A stretch of 64,000 nucleotides of DNA from Oopsacas minuta. Taxonomy: Eukaryota > Animalia > Porifera. Position numbers and translations under genes: made by a program. Every line of letters starts with the position of its first letter. Positions within the stretch are counted from its first letter, which is position 1. Below, piece after piece: positions 34,705 to 46,637 of this stretch. The DNA is taken from assembly GCA_024704765.1 (NCBI GenBank), contig JAKMXF010000221.1:496001-560000 (forward strand). Reading direction: 5' to 3'. The notes beneath the pieces were generated by a model. The model had not been told where the DNA came from and did no database searches. It worked only from the letters and a program-made list of their open reading frames with translations.

Positions 34705-37700
34705 TCAGGCTTGGTTTGTTTCAGGAGGGAGGCTTGTGTTTGGGGAACTGTGATCAGGATTAGTTAGTTTATCTTCTGTTTCGTTTTGAGAGAGATAGTT
34801 TGATTCTTTCTCAGTAATTTCCCCTTCTGTCATATTATCTGCTGTATGCTCATTGAATATATTTGTATTTGTGGATATTGACTCATCTTCTCCAGAATTT
34901 GATGGCTTTATCTTTTCGTTTATTTCTGTATTTCCTGGAGGATTATCATGTGAGTTATCTATAACTTCTATTGCTTCATTAGCCTCTACAGGGTCTGTAA
35001 CAACCTCTATGTTGTCAGTTAATGAACTGATTCCATCCTTAGATTCTACTATATCATCTGGTGTGTTAATCTTCTGTAGAATATCCTCCTTATCAGCTGT
35101 TTCATTTGATACTATATCTGTAGAGATATATGGTACATTTTGTTCATCATAAGTATTAACTAATAGCTCTTTCTCCTCTACTGTGGCCTCACTTGGAATC
35201 TCCTCTCCTTTAAGACTACTAACTCCTGCAGGACTATCCTCAATAACAATAGGACTAGTTGTATGATTGTCTTGAGTTACAATAGTCTCTCCTTTGTTAG
35301 AGCTGGTATCCAGTTGTTGTTGTGTAGCACTTGATTCCTCAGTCGGTGGTGTAGTCTCTTCGGATTTGATATTATCCTTGGAAGATAACTCAGTAGTATC
35401 TAACTCAATGCTGTCTAGAGATTTCCTTCCTGTTTGTAAATCTTGTGACTTTATTTCAGAGGAAGCACACAGGGTAGGAGCAGACTCACTAACTGCTAAG
35501 GGATCAGTCTCTACGTCATGATCTCTCCAGTCAGTGATAGTCGTCTCTTCAACTCCAGAGGGACAATCTTTCGTACAAATAATCTTCCATTCTTCAGAGA
35601 AAGTCATCACTACTCCCATGTCTGCTTCATTTTCCTCTACTCTAGCCACAACTTCTGGAGACAACACAATCTTAACGGGAGCCTCTGATGAGAGGATAGG
35701 GTCTACTCGTGATCCTGTGTTAGTCTGCTCGGGAGTTGGTGCTGTATGAGTACAGTCAGTGCATTCAGTAGGATCTGGACAGTCTGTACATTCACATTGA
35801 GGAGACGAGTTATCTGTGTTTGCTGAAGTAAGTTCATCTTGCATAGCCGAAATATCTTCCTGTTTTGAGGCTGTGCGACCCACTGAACTAGCTGCCTTCT
35901 GAATGTCTTCTCGTTTGGAAGCTGTGCGACTGACTGAACTAGATGCCTTTTGAATCTCATCTTGTTTAGAGGCAATGTTACTTACAGAACTAGATGCCTT
36001 ATGAATGTATTCTTGTTTAGAAGTTGTGCGACTCACAGAACTAGCTGCTTTTTGAATATCTTCCTGTTTGGGCCCAGTGCGACTGACGGAATCAGCTGTT
36101 TTCGAGGAGAGAGACATGTTAGATACATCTGAGTGTATACTTTTGTTGGATCCTTGCTCTATAACCGAACTCTTGGATGCAGAAGGCTTCAGTGAAACGA
36201 GAGAGGTGAAACTTGAGAATATTCTGCTGGCAAGAGATGATTTCGAAGTTTGTTTTTCTGTTTTTTCTACCGGTTGGTTCACGGACACTACCTCTTCACT
36301 AAGAGCTTGTTCTTGTTGTTCATTAACTTGAAACGAAGGTTTCGATACCAGTGAGATTCTACTAAATTGTGTCATGGATTTTCTCCTGGAATCATACTCT
36401 CTTAGCGTGAGAGAGTTCCTACGACGAGGAGGCTGTACAGGCTCTATATTTACTGAATCAGTCATTTCATCATCACAGATTGTCTCCACATTACGTGTAG
36501 TTATACCCTGACTATTGGCCCTCTTCTCTATCTCTAATTCGTCCTCTCCCTCTCTTTGAGGTACCACCTCTTTCAGTGAGGCTCTGGAGTTAGATAGGAG
36601 TCTAGACGGGTGGGTGTCATCAGCCACACCAGTGTTACTCTCCAGTGCTGGTCTGTTTGGACGAATACCTATACTATTCCTACTCTCCGCTTCTGATACG
36701 TATGACGGAATAGAATGGAGGGAAGCTTTCAGCTCCAGACTATGAGAATAAGATAGTTTAATATTTGTATCAGATTCCATACCAAGTTCACTGAGTATTC
36801 GGCTAGCTGCATCAGCACGTCCTCTCTGACTAGCACGACTGCATGAAGCACTGACTGACTGATCCTCGTTTTGTACAATCGTATACGGATCCGCTAGCTC
36901 TCCAGCCATATACTGGTCATATGGATAAGCTAAATGAGCACTACTCTTTACAGCTAGCTCAATCTTTGAATTAGCTGATTGAGATTCTTGAATATTATTA
37001 GCAGTAGTTTGTTCAGCTTCTCGTATCTCCTGTCCCGCTAATGATATCTCATCCTCCCCAACAACAACATAGTCATCTGGAATGTTATTCAGCTGTGTAG
37101 GCTGTCCATCATCTATATTGATAGTCTCGGATGAGAAATTAACTCTCTTCAGCCCTGTGAGAGATATACAGGGGTCTATACCCTGATCTATCAGACGGCT
37201 AGACGTCTTTAAAATGGATGGTTTAGGAGTGATAGTAACTTCACTCTTCATTTCCTTAGCTTTTCTAGCCTTGTATATAGTTCTGCTACTGACGTACTCC
37301 AGCCTAGACAGATTCCCTTCTGACTCCTCTGTCAATGGTCCCTCTTCATTCGTATCACTGCTCTCCAGCTCACTGGTGGAGTAGCTACAGATCGCATCAC
37401 GGACTAGGTGCTTGATTGTCCTTAGTGTCTGTCTTGAGGATGTGGAGCTTGCTCTTGAGGCAGGAGGGGAAGTGAGAAGTTTCGCGATTTCCTGTAGCTC
37501 ATAGCTGTACTTGGCTGGATTGGATACAAGCTTCATGAATAGTTCATCTTCTAAAATGCTACTAACCTCTGATCGTTTGGACTGTAGACTGTGAGTAGCA
37601 GCGAGAGAGTGAGTCGATTCTGTGTCTTGGTTCTTCCAGAGTTTGTACGATTTGCTAGGATATGTCCCCTTTGATTGTCCGGATAGGAGGTAGGGGTCTT

Positions 37701-40506
37701 CTGAATCAGTCTCAGATACTGTGTACTCACGACTAGAACTGTATGGCTTAGCACGTCTTGACCTGGGAGACTTGGTCCATCCTGAGCGTATCTCTTCTCT
37801 TATAAAATCCTTAAGACTCTCGAATTCTTGATTGAATCTAGACTCCTCCTTGTGCATATGACAGGGAGAGCATTGGTGCTGCTGATGACAGTGATGAAGC
37901 TGTGGAGCAGGTACACACTCGTGACAGGACTGAATGTAGGAGCAGGGAATAGGGGTGTGTTGTATTATAACGGGGGGAGAGGACATGTGTAGGTTATGAG
38001 AAGGGAGTGTAGCTGTCCTGTGGTAGGAGGGTGTATGAGTGTAGTATGAATTAGGAGAATGTTTGTACTCCTGTGTATGGTGAGGACACTTCCTGGTCTT
38101 GTTAGTACCACAATGAGAACATTCGGATTTCATTGAAACAGCCGAATCTTCAGAAGCTATACCAAACTGTATGGAAGCTTCCTGACGGGCGGGAAGAGAT
38201 TTTATGATCGGTTCTGGGGCGGAGGTGAGAGCAGAGTTTGTGATTTTAGGAAACTTGATAGAGTCTGTACTCTCTGCTGACAGTACTGAGGGGGTGATTA
38301 TGGACTCAGCGAGGGGGATATTAATCTGGTTATCAGTTGGGCCAGTTCTGTTTACAATCTCACTTAACTTAGGTTTGGGCTTTGCTGCCTTTTTGTAATC
38401 TTCTGTGAGTTTCTTGTTTATGCGCTAAAAACAAACAAATCTTTAAATAAATTACTATTTGATAAAATTATAGTGTTTATAGTTTGTATTAGTCTGTTGT
38501 TAATGCTAAGTGTTATCTGCCGCAGGAGATTACTAAGACTTAGCTCTAACACGCAAATATTTAGCAATTCTTCATATTTAATGGCAACAAACTCCACAAT
38601 ACAGAGTGAGGACACAAATATAAGAAAATATTCTGTCAAATCGTATAAAGGCTTAGTAAAGCCTAGACTACTGAAGTTTGTGTTGGATAATAGAATAACT
38701 GACCTGATGGATTGCTTCACAAGAAATGGATACACAGTTAAGATAGCGGGGGGAGCTGTTAGAGATATGGTTCTGGGTCTTACTCCGCGTGACGTAGACC
38801 TAGCTACAAATGCTACACCAGAAATTATGCAGGAATTCCTGGAGCGTGAAGGTTACCGCACTGAACCTACTGGTATCAAACACGGTACCATTATGGTTGT
38901 CCTAGAGGATAAGCTTACAGTAGAAGTAACTACTCTCAGAATTGATAAAGTCACTGACGGAAGACATGCAGAGGTAGAATTCACTAACGACTGGCAGTTA
39001 GACGCGGCCAGGAGAGATTTTACTGTTAATGCTATGTTCATGGATAAAAGCGGAGAAGTTACGGATTATTTTAACGGAGTTGTAGACCTGAGTGAGCTCA
39101 GAATCCGTTTTGTTAACAACCCAGTAGACAGAATACAAGAAGATTATCTCCGTATTCTACGTTACTTCAGGTTCTACGGCCGTATTAGTGCTGTAGGTAA
39201 CAAGCATGAAGAACATACTATTACTGCTATTAGAGAGAATGCTGGAGGACTGAAGACGATTTCTAAAGAACGAATTTGGAAAGAATTCCAACAGATTATA
39301 GGAGGAGATCATTGCATAGCTCTTATAAAACTGATGTATGAGTTAGGAATAGCAGAAGCATTAGACCTGCCACTACCTGGAAACTTCAAAGAATTGGACA
39401 GAGTATGGAAAGTACACAAACAAGCCGTGTTTTACGGAGGGTGTGGGCTTAATCCAGAGGTAATATTCATATCTCTACTGGAGGGCGGGACAGAACATTC
39501 AGTAGGGGAGCTGTGTAGTAGATGGAAGATGTCGAATAAAGAGAAAAAGCTAGCTATACTAATAGTTATTCAAAGAGCTATATTCACAAAATTAGTAATA
39601 AAATCTAGCATTACTCAAGAAGCTTATACGAAGCATTGTAAAGACTTAATTGTAGAAGGACAGCCTCAATCTCACATAATCCAGCTAATGATGTATCTTG
39701 CTAGAGCTGATGAAGAGATTGAAAAAGTACACAAGTGGGAAGTACCCGTTCTCCCTGTGACAGGACACGATCTCCTAGCGCTTGGATTACAGGGCCCTGA
39801 ACTGGCAAAGGTAAAGGACAAGTTGAAGCAAAAGTGGAAAGACAGTTACTACATTTTAAGCAAGGAAGAGCTGTTGAAACTAGTTTGAGATTAATTCTCA
39901 TGAATTTTCAGTATTTGTACATTTACTTGTTTTATCATACCTTATCTTCCGTTAGATTAGACTCTAACTTAATTCTGTTAGTCATGTGTTCTCTAAGGCT
40001 TTGTTTCAACTGAGTTAATTGCAGGAGTTGTCCTGAATGAGTGTTCTCCCCCTCTTCCTTCAGGCTACTGAGCGACCTGAAAGATACAAATATTAAATAT
40101 TATAAATAAGGAAATTTGAACATTAATAACTTAATTACCAAACTAACCTCTTTTGTTCTTTGAGCTTATCTTGCTCCCAAGATAGTCTACCCTTCAGAGT
40201 GTGTGCTTCAAAACTGAGCATCTTTTCAACTCGCTTCTTCCACTCTGGATCTTGCTTTATCTTCCTCAGTAACTTCCTGCCATCCTCTGACATCTCACCT
40301 TGCTCAAGAAGGGGCTGGATGAAGGAGGGATGGGAAGGGATAGCGTCCAGACTCTAGAGAGAAAAATTAAATATTTAATTCAATAAACAAACAAATAAAT
40401 AATAACAAACCTGCACAAAGTCCTCTGAACACTCTGTGATTGCATCTTTAGCACTTACACGATTGTCTCCGGGCACTGTGCTCGACTTAAATTGCTTGTC
40501 CGCCAT
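34705..40506 (-). CDS. Uncharacterised 1385-aa protein (N-terminal coiled coil, His/Cys-rich patch, long S/T/E-rich tail); intron 3 (38425-39940) hosts TRNT1
   Basis: The frame of ORF 34705-38133 stays open upstream to a TTTTTAG acceptor at 38425. Upstream exons 40506-40411, 40353-40148, 40076-39941 join in phase (0,2,0): MADKQFKSS...DFVQ|SLDAIP...EQKR|SLSS...TEDK|RINKK. Confidence 0.78.
35855..36100 (-). repeat. Coding 51-bp tandem repeat, about 5 units (17-aa SSVSRTASKQEDIQKAA)
   Basis: Visible in the translation DSVSRTGPKQEDIQKAASSVSRTTSKQEYIHKASSSVSNIASKQDEIQKASSSVSRTASKREDIQKAASSVGRTASKQEDI. Confidence 0.85.
38503..39888 (+). CDS. TRNT1: CCA tRNA nucleotidyltransferase, intronless, nested antisense
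   Basis: IAGGAVRD, DVDLAT, GIKHGT, EVTTLRID, RRDFTVNA, EDYLRILRYFRF class II CCA-adding motifs. First in-frame ATG 38503 (mitochondrial-type presequence), second ATG 38581. Confidence 0.95.
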   Translation: MLSVICRRRLLRLSSNTQIFSNSSYLMATNSTIQSEDTNIRKYSVKSYKGLVKPRLLKFVLDNRITDLMDCFTRNGYTVKIAGGAVRDMVLGLTPRDVDLATNATPEIMQEFLEREGYRTEPTGIKHGTIMVVLEDKLTVEVTTLRIDKVTDGRHAEVEFTNDWQLDAARRDFTVNAMFMDKSGEVTDYFNGVVDLSELRIRFVNNPVDRIQEDYLRILRYFRFYGRISAVGNKHEEHTITAIRENAGGLKTISKERIWKEFQQIIGGDHCIALIKLMYELGIAEALDLPLPGNFKELDRVWKVHKQAVFYGGCGLNPEVIFISLLEGGTEHSVGELCSRWKMSNKEKKLAILIVIQRAIFTKLVIKSSITQEAYTKHCKDLIVEGQPQSHIIQLMMYLARADEEIEKVHKWEVPVLPVTGHDLLALGLQGPELAKVKDKLKQKWKDSYYILSKEELLKLV

Positions 40507-41156
40507 GAGGCAAAAATAAAAAATGAAAACTAAATTCTGCAACAAATCCGCAATTCTCTATTTATACTTTTGGCACACATAGGTGTAACAGACTGCAATC
40601 TGATTGGACAAAGAGATCTGAGTTTCATTCATCATAAACTAACATTGAAATTATTAAACCAAGATTCTAATTCGATTGGTCTGAAGTCTGAAGTCAGGAG
40701 TCTTGGAGGGGGAAGAGAGGGGGAAACCCCTGGGGGCATAGCTGCATAGGTACCGATATTTCTCGGATAAGGCCTGGCCTGGGGGACGGGATGTCGTGAT
40801 CATTTTTGGATTACAAAATGGAACACTCATAGCTTAACCTGTTATAAGACTGAAATCTTAAAATAGACATTGCCCCCCTCAAAGTCCCACACGCTCCGCG
40901 GGGGTACGGGCTAATTACCCCCTAATCATACCCTAGTTACCATAATTAAACATAGGAATCTGATATATGTATATATGTATAATATAATAGAGAGCAAACT
41001 AGAAAACTAAAGATTTATAGTACTGGGGGGATAACTCTCTAGAATTGAGAAGTGTGATATTCAATATTGTACAAGTTAGTTATTAGAAATGACACACTAT
41101 AATCCTAGATCTACTACATATACACTCATTTCTAATTATAGCAATAAGAACCAAGG

Positions 41157-42488
41157 TTAGGAACTGTGTGTGTGCAGACATTTCCAATCGATCCCCGTGT
41201 GGTCCCAGACACGCGTCTCAGTGAGTTGGATCACTTCATCTAGACCCACAGAGGTTTTCTGTTTGATTAGAGCCCTGTAGGAAATACAAGCTGAGGACAC
41301 TCCCAGTAAATGTACTTTAGGCTCGAGGACTGTTACCATCGCTTCCTTTTGGAATACCTTTTTCTCCTTGAGAGGAACACAGGTCGCGTTAGGATGTGTC
41401 AGAGAGGCGACTACATCTGCGCTGCCTCTCACCATGGCTTCCAAAAGCTTCTGCGTCGCCTGCTGCACATCAGCCTTGATACTGTCAACCTCTAGCTCGG
41501 AGTGTTCGCGCGGTTTCTCTGATTCTTCTGCTTGCTCTTTTGCAGAGGACGGGAGCATCATTCGATTTAGGAAAATATTCGCGTTCACTGCAGAGCGTAG
41601 CTTTCTGCGTGCGTTGAACTTTACCATTTGTTTGATCGTCTCTTGGCGATGCATTTTTGAGGCCTCCTTCCCACGGACCCAGGGGTGGTGAAGTGCATCG
41701 TCAATTGTTATCCTCTTAATGGGATCGACAATTAACATCTTCATGATTAGATCCTTGGCTGATTTTGACACTGTATCCCATTCGGGCCTTGGAAAGTCAT
41801 ATCGTCCTTCTTTTATTTGTTTGTACAACCTTTCCTGTATTTCATCCCAGAACGGGGGGTATCCTACTAGTAGAATATAGAGAATTACGCCGATAGCCCA
41901 CATATCGACAGGCTTTCCGTAGGGCTCCCTCTTGATGACTTCAGGGGACAGGTACCCAGGGGTACCCGCAAACCCGTACCAGTTAAATTCGGTCGGATGC
42001 TCAAGTTCGATGGCAAGCCCAAAGTCTGCAACTTTGATGTCAGCAGGGGGCACTTTTGAGGACAGCAAGAGGTTCTCTGGTTTGAGGTCACGGTGCACGA
42101 TACCTTTCTCATGACAATAAAGTAACGCGTCGAGTATCTGTCGAATTGCCTTGCTTGCATCCTCCTCAGAATAGAACTCTCGTTTCACGATATCGTCGAA
42201 TAGTTCCCCTCCAGTTATCAACTCGAATAGCATATAGTAATGCTCTTTATCCTTGAATGTATCGATCATGCTTACAATGTTAGCGTGACTTGAAATCAAT
42301 CTGCATATCCTTGTCTCCCTCTCCAGTTTGCTTTGTTCACGGGCACTCAGACTCTTCGCTTTTATTATCTTGACCGCACAAACTTTCTTGGTTTTGCAAT
42401 GTATTCCCTCTTTTACAATACTAAAGGCTCCTTTTCCAAGTTCTTTGCCTAGCGTATATTCCTTGCTGAAGTCTCCTTCACTCGCCAT
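41157..42488 (-). CDS. CAMK2: Calcium/calmodulin-dependent protein kinase II, intronless
   Basis: [38 protein letters not shown] (T286 site), FNARRKL, C-terminal association domain (VHLLG, ETRVW). Start taken at MASEG (42488); the ORF track starts at 42500. Confidence 0.93.
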   Translation of the reverse strand: MASEGDFSKEYTLGKELGKGAFSIVKEGIHCKTKKVCAVKIIKAKSLSAREQSKLERETRICRLISSHANIVSMIDTFKDKEHYYMLFELITGGELFDDIVKREFYSEEDASKAIRQILDALLYCHEKGIVHRDLKPENLLLSSKVPPADIKVADFGLAIELEHPTEFNWYGFAGTPGYLSPEVIKREPYGKPVDMWAIGVILYILLVGYPPFWDEIQERLYKQIKEGRYDFPRPEWDTVSKSAKDLIMKMLIVDPIKRITIDDALHHPWVRGKEASKMHRQETIKQMVKFNARRKLRSAVNANIFLNRMMLPSSAKEQAEESEKPREHSELEVDSIKADVQQATQKLLEAMVRGSADVVASLTHPNATCVPLKEKKVFQKEAMVTVLEPKVHLLGVSSACISYRALIKQKTSVGLDEVIQLTETRVWDHTGIDWKCLHTHSS

Positions 42489-42633
42489 AACTATTATCAC
42501 AATTATTTGTTAGATAAAATTGTATTCATATATTCGCTTCTGAGCATAAATCTCATTTGGGCAAGCAATCAGCCGTAAAATTGAGTATAACTAGTATTCA
42601 CACACCATAGCAACGACACCTATCAGATGGAAT

Positions 42634-42794
42634 TACAGTCAACTCTTGTTATATCGAATCTCAAGAGACTGCGATAATTACTTCGACATAACAGATGGAA
42701 TATGTTACTTTGACGGTCTGTGACCGTATTAGGACAATTTATGCAAGCGGGTATTTCAATCAATCCGTGTTCGATGTAACAGAAGTTGACTGTA
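42634..42794. mobile_element. MITE family A, full length
   Basis: TACAGTCAACTCTTGTTATATCGAA ... TTCGATGTAACAGAAGTTGACTGTA terminal inverted repeats with TA ends. Confidence 0.8.
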
Positions 42795-43333
42795 GACAAG
42801 GGTTCAATAAACCAATGCCCACTGGCCTCTATATATGTATATTTCGTATATGCTACTGTCATTAAATTGGTAAAATAGAAAAGATAGAATTCATTCAAAC
42901 TGTAACTGTAATTACAAGCTGAAAGCATTGTAATCTATACCTATAGTGGTATAAGTATTCGGTGTCTCTTCAGAAGCGACACATTATATTGACGAATACT
43001 GCTTATAATATTGATTACAATTACAAAACTAATCCTTAGAAGTAATTAAATCATACTCGAGCAACTGAGGCCTAAGTTCTGAGGTTTTCATTCTGAGGCT
43101 AAATCGATTTCTCTTAGAGTTCTTCTCAAAATCAAAACTCTAATATTTGAGTGTACTTTTGGTTTCAATGTTCCAAATACGGACATAAATACGGATCACT
43201 TGACTGCAACAAATTCGACTTAGCTGTAACTTTTCCAGTTACAAAAGCAATCAGAATAAAGTTACCTAATAGGCCGAAGGATTAGCATAAAAGTATAAAA
43301 GGGAAATGGCAATAAACCCACACAATCGTTTCG

Positions 43334-44152
43334 ATGGCACAACTGCATCTGGGACAATCAGTAGCTCCAAATAAACCTCAAGATTTTGAATATTTTCGGT
43401 CGTTATGCGAGGAAGAAGAAGGATGGTATCTCTCCTATGATAATGATGTCACTGTACACGGTCGTGACTTCCCTGGGTCCAACTCTAAGTGCATCAGGGT
43501 GCGGGGCCGCATAAGGGGTGTAAATACAGACACTATGTTTGATTTTATGTGTGACGAGGAGTACAGAGCAAGTTGGGATACTCTGAACATGAATTCATTT
43601 AATATATGTCAGTTAGATAAGCACACGAATATAGGGTATTACTGTATTAAATCTCCGTTCCCATTACAGAACAGAGATGTAGTGTTTCAGCGTAGTTGGG
43701 GTAAAATCCCTAACGGCTACGTAATTATGAATCACTCAGTAGAGCTCCCAACTCACCCCCCAATCCACGGGATAGTTAGAGCAACATCTCTAATCACAGG
43801 GTATTATGTAGTGGATACAGACGACGGATGTTTGTTTACATATTTGTCACATGCAGACGCGAAGGTAGCCCTTCCTTTCTGGTTTTGTAATAAAATCGGT
43901 GTGTACGTCGCTCCGGGGTTTTTCCGTAAGGTTAGTACTGCTGCTATGGGATATGCGGATTGGAAATTGGTACACAGACCGGATCACAAACCTTGGAGAT
44001 TTGAAGAACAACGGATGTTACATGAGTACGCGGATCCAGATATGCTGGAGGAATGGGGGTTCCCACCAGCCCCCTCCTGTCTTATAGAGACGGATGGTTC
44101 CGATTCGGACTCTTTCCACAGTTTAGAAGATGAAATAGTTACAGCGAATTAA
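43334..44152 (+). CDS. START-domain lipid-binding protein (STARD10/PCTP-like), paralog 1, intronless
   Basis: 272 aa; DEEYRASWD, IGYYCIKSPFPLQNRDVV, YVIMNHSV, VRATSLITGY, HKPWR. Confidence 0.85.
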   Translation: MAQLHLGQSVAPNKPQDFEYFRSLCEEEEGWYLSYDNDVTVHGRDFPGSNSKCIRVRGRIRGVNTDTMFDFMCDEEYRASWDTLNMNSFNICQLDKHTNIGYYCIKSPFPLQNRDVVFQRSWGKIPNGYVIMNHSVELPTHPPIHGIVRATSLITGYYVVDTDDGCLFTYLSHADAKVALPFWFCNKIGVYVAPGFFRKVSTAAMGYADWKLVHRPDHKPWRFEEQRMLHEYADPDMLEEWGFPPAPSCLIETDGSDSDSFHSLEDEIVTAN

Positions 44153-44404
44153 AATATTTTTTGAGTGAATATTGTGAGGAGTTATATTTATTGCTTATTT
44201 AAAATTGAGATAACAAAAGAAATTATATACATGTATATTTTAACACCTAATTGGAACTATAAACTTAATCCAACTTCGTCCAATGGGGGACCGTTAGGGG
44301 CTCAAAAAATGTGTCTAATTTGACCCAAATTGGACTTATATAAGCCCAATTATTCTATAAAATTTGTATTCAAAATGTAATGCAAAACTGCTAAATTAAT
44401 ACAA

Positions 44405-44517
44405 ATACCACCTAACACCTCGCTATGCAACGCGTTCAAGCCCTCTCTCCCTTCCCTACTTACAGTGCCTCTATACCACCTAACACCTTTCTTCGCAACG
44501 CGTTCAAGCCCTCTCTC
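44405..44517. repeat. Two-copy direct repeat, period 68 nt
   Basis: ATACCACCTAACACCT...GCAACGCGTTCAAGCCCTCTCTC at 44405 and 44473. Confidence 0.85.
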
Positions 44518-45254
44518 TCTCTTTCACTTTGATGCATGAACAGAAATAGTTATGTATAATTCAAATAAGAATTCAATCAATAATGAAACAAATTAGTAAA
44601 GTATGGAAAATAGAAAGCGTACCAGTGTTTGTCAGAAAAGACCACCCCAGACCACTTATGACTATAATCACCATATGTAACTTTACTCCTGGCCCATTTG
44701 TAACATGTAAGAGACTGATTTTCTAAAGAGACTTTACTCTTTTATTGCCTCTTGTTATTGAAGTTTAGGACTATAACCCTTTCATGCTGGATTCCTATTG
44801 TTTAGATAAGATATTATGAAAGAGAATATCACTAATAACTAATCCATATTCAGTTAGATACTATAGTCAATGATCATACCTAATCAGCTGAAAAAGGCAG
44901 AAAAAACCGGGGTTTTTCCGAACACTGAGGAGTACCAATGTGCTCATAGGGAACAGTTAAAGGTACCGGGAGGACAGAACTGAATTGGAACACTAATAGT
45001 ATACAAATATTAATGAATTACAGAGATTATTGGGAGTATCAAAATATGTTCTTATGACTCATGTGTATTAATCTAATTATAGTAACACCGCTTAGGGTCA
45101 CTTCAAGACACAGGCCATTTAGACCTGATTAACCGGAATTAAGGTGTTGGCCTGATTAACACAGGTTCATTGGGGACAGTTGTCTGCACCAATAGACCCA
45201 TTTAACACCCCTGTAGACTAAATAGGCAAACAACAACAATATACACGAAGTTAT

Positions 45255-46172
45255 TCAAATATTTGTCTCAGCAATGCTTAATATATTTTTACACTCAATA
45301 ACCCAATCTTCTATATACTTCCAATCTTCTACAGCAATATTGTCACGTAACTGAATGCAGTGTATCGTCGTACCATGTTTTCTATCTGCTAGACACACAC
45401 AATAGCTCTGTAACGTAAGAAGTAAATTTAGAACGTAATCACCTGTAATTGTGAATATATAGAGGGGGAGAGATATGAAAATTACAATTACAAGTAGAGA
45501 GAGGAGGGTAGGGGATAGAAAGATGAGTGATATGAAGATGAAGGTGCTGATTGTCAGTTGATCAACACGGAGGGGTACTGTTGACACCTTTCTTATGATA
45601 GGGTCCCAATTTTTACCGATGAATAACATTCCTAAATGTTTTAAAACTTGGAGAAGTATGATCGTGGTTTTATGAGCATAAACTAGAATTACTGGTATAG
45701 GAAGTGATAGAAACCGAATGAGGTCTAGAAATATAGCAAACGTTAATGCAACGTTAATATAAAAGATAGGGTATGCGACTGATATGAGAGCTGTAAGGAA
45801 GGGGACTACATTGGACAGGATGTCCCTCCAGAGGTTAATATGGTGTATGCAGAATGAGGACAGGAACGAAGAGAGGAGTGGATGTAGTTTTATGCCAAGA
45901 GGGTTCTCAGTTAGTGAATGGATCTTGTCCTCTGTTAGTGATAAATAGGACAGTGAGTGCTGATTGAGTTTATGTACAACACAAGAATAATCTGTACAGG
46001 ACAGTGGTAACTTAATTAAGTAACAGGATAAATAAGCCATCAAGGCACTGAGTATTAGCAGAAATAATGAACAGATCTTCCCTCTTAGTTGTGTACAATT
46101 TGATCTGTACTGTGATACAATATGATACCAATTACTGTAGAGAGAAGAGCGATATAAGGAGTGAAGGAGCAT
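45255..46172 (-). CDS. PIGQ: GPI-GlcNAc transferase subunit Q (Gpi1)-like, divergent
   Basis: 305 aa hydrophobic; LGMLFIGKNWDPIIRKVSTVPLRVDQLTISTFIFISLIFLSPT resembles the Gpi1 motif LFRGKKWNVLRxRVDS...DQLFIGTLLFTILLFLLPT. The N-terminus may be incomplete. Confidence 0.7.
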   Translation of the reverse strand: MLLHSLYRSSLYSNWYHIVSQYRSNCTQLRGKICSLFLLILSALMAYLSCYLIKLPLSCTDYSCVVHKLNQHSLSYLSLTEDKIHSLTENPLGIKLHPLLSSFLSSFCIHHINLWRDILSNVVPFLTALISVAYPIFYINVALTFAIFLDLIRFLSLPIPVILVYAHKTTIILLQVLKHLGMLFIGKNWDPIIRKVSTVPLRVDQLTISTFIFISLIFLSPTLLSLLVIVIFISLPLYIFTITGDYVLNLLLTLQSYCVCLADRKHGTTIHCIQLRDNIAVEDWKYIEDWVIECKNILSIAETNI

Positions 46173-46637
46173 TGGATAATTGTCTAATTAATTACCGTCG
46201 TATCTGATTAATTCATATCCTGCCGGGTAACGTGATAGCCGTGTTGGTATTTTAATTATAACTAATATATTGAATCAAATGTTACCTAATGCTACAAAGG
46301 GGGTGAGGGGTGTCAAAATAAGTTGCATATTGCTAGGCTAGTTGGTTACTAGGAGGACTGGTAGGAGAGCTATACCATACTATGTCTAGCATACAAACTC
46401 TTGTCTCTTTAGTCAAAATTATAAGAGGTCCGAGTTCATGACATCTCAGGTACACGTAAGGGCGACATAAGAAAAAGATTTTTGAGATTATTTCATCTGC
46501 TTTCCTATTCCTTAAAAGAATTTTGATAGTACAGAAATTTTAAACAAGATGATATAATCTCAAATAAATAATAAGAACTTGGACAAATATTTCTATATAA
46601 GCTACCATGTGCTGGGTTGATGTGGAATAATAAAATA

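Noticed and set aside
38473-38502. GTG start given by the ORF track for TRNT1
   Set aside because: Eukaryotic gene; the first ATG at 38503 begins a plausible presequence.
44405-44517. CRISPR-like repeat-spacer pattern (also 61812-61862)
   Set aside because: Only two units each, no cas genes, eukaryotic context; simple local duplications.
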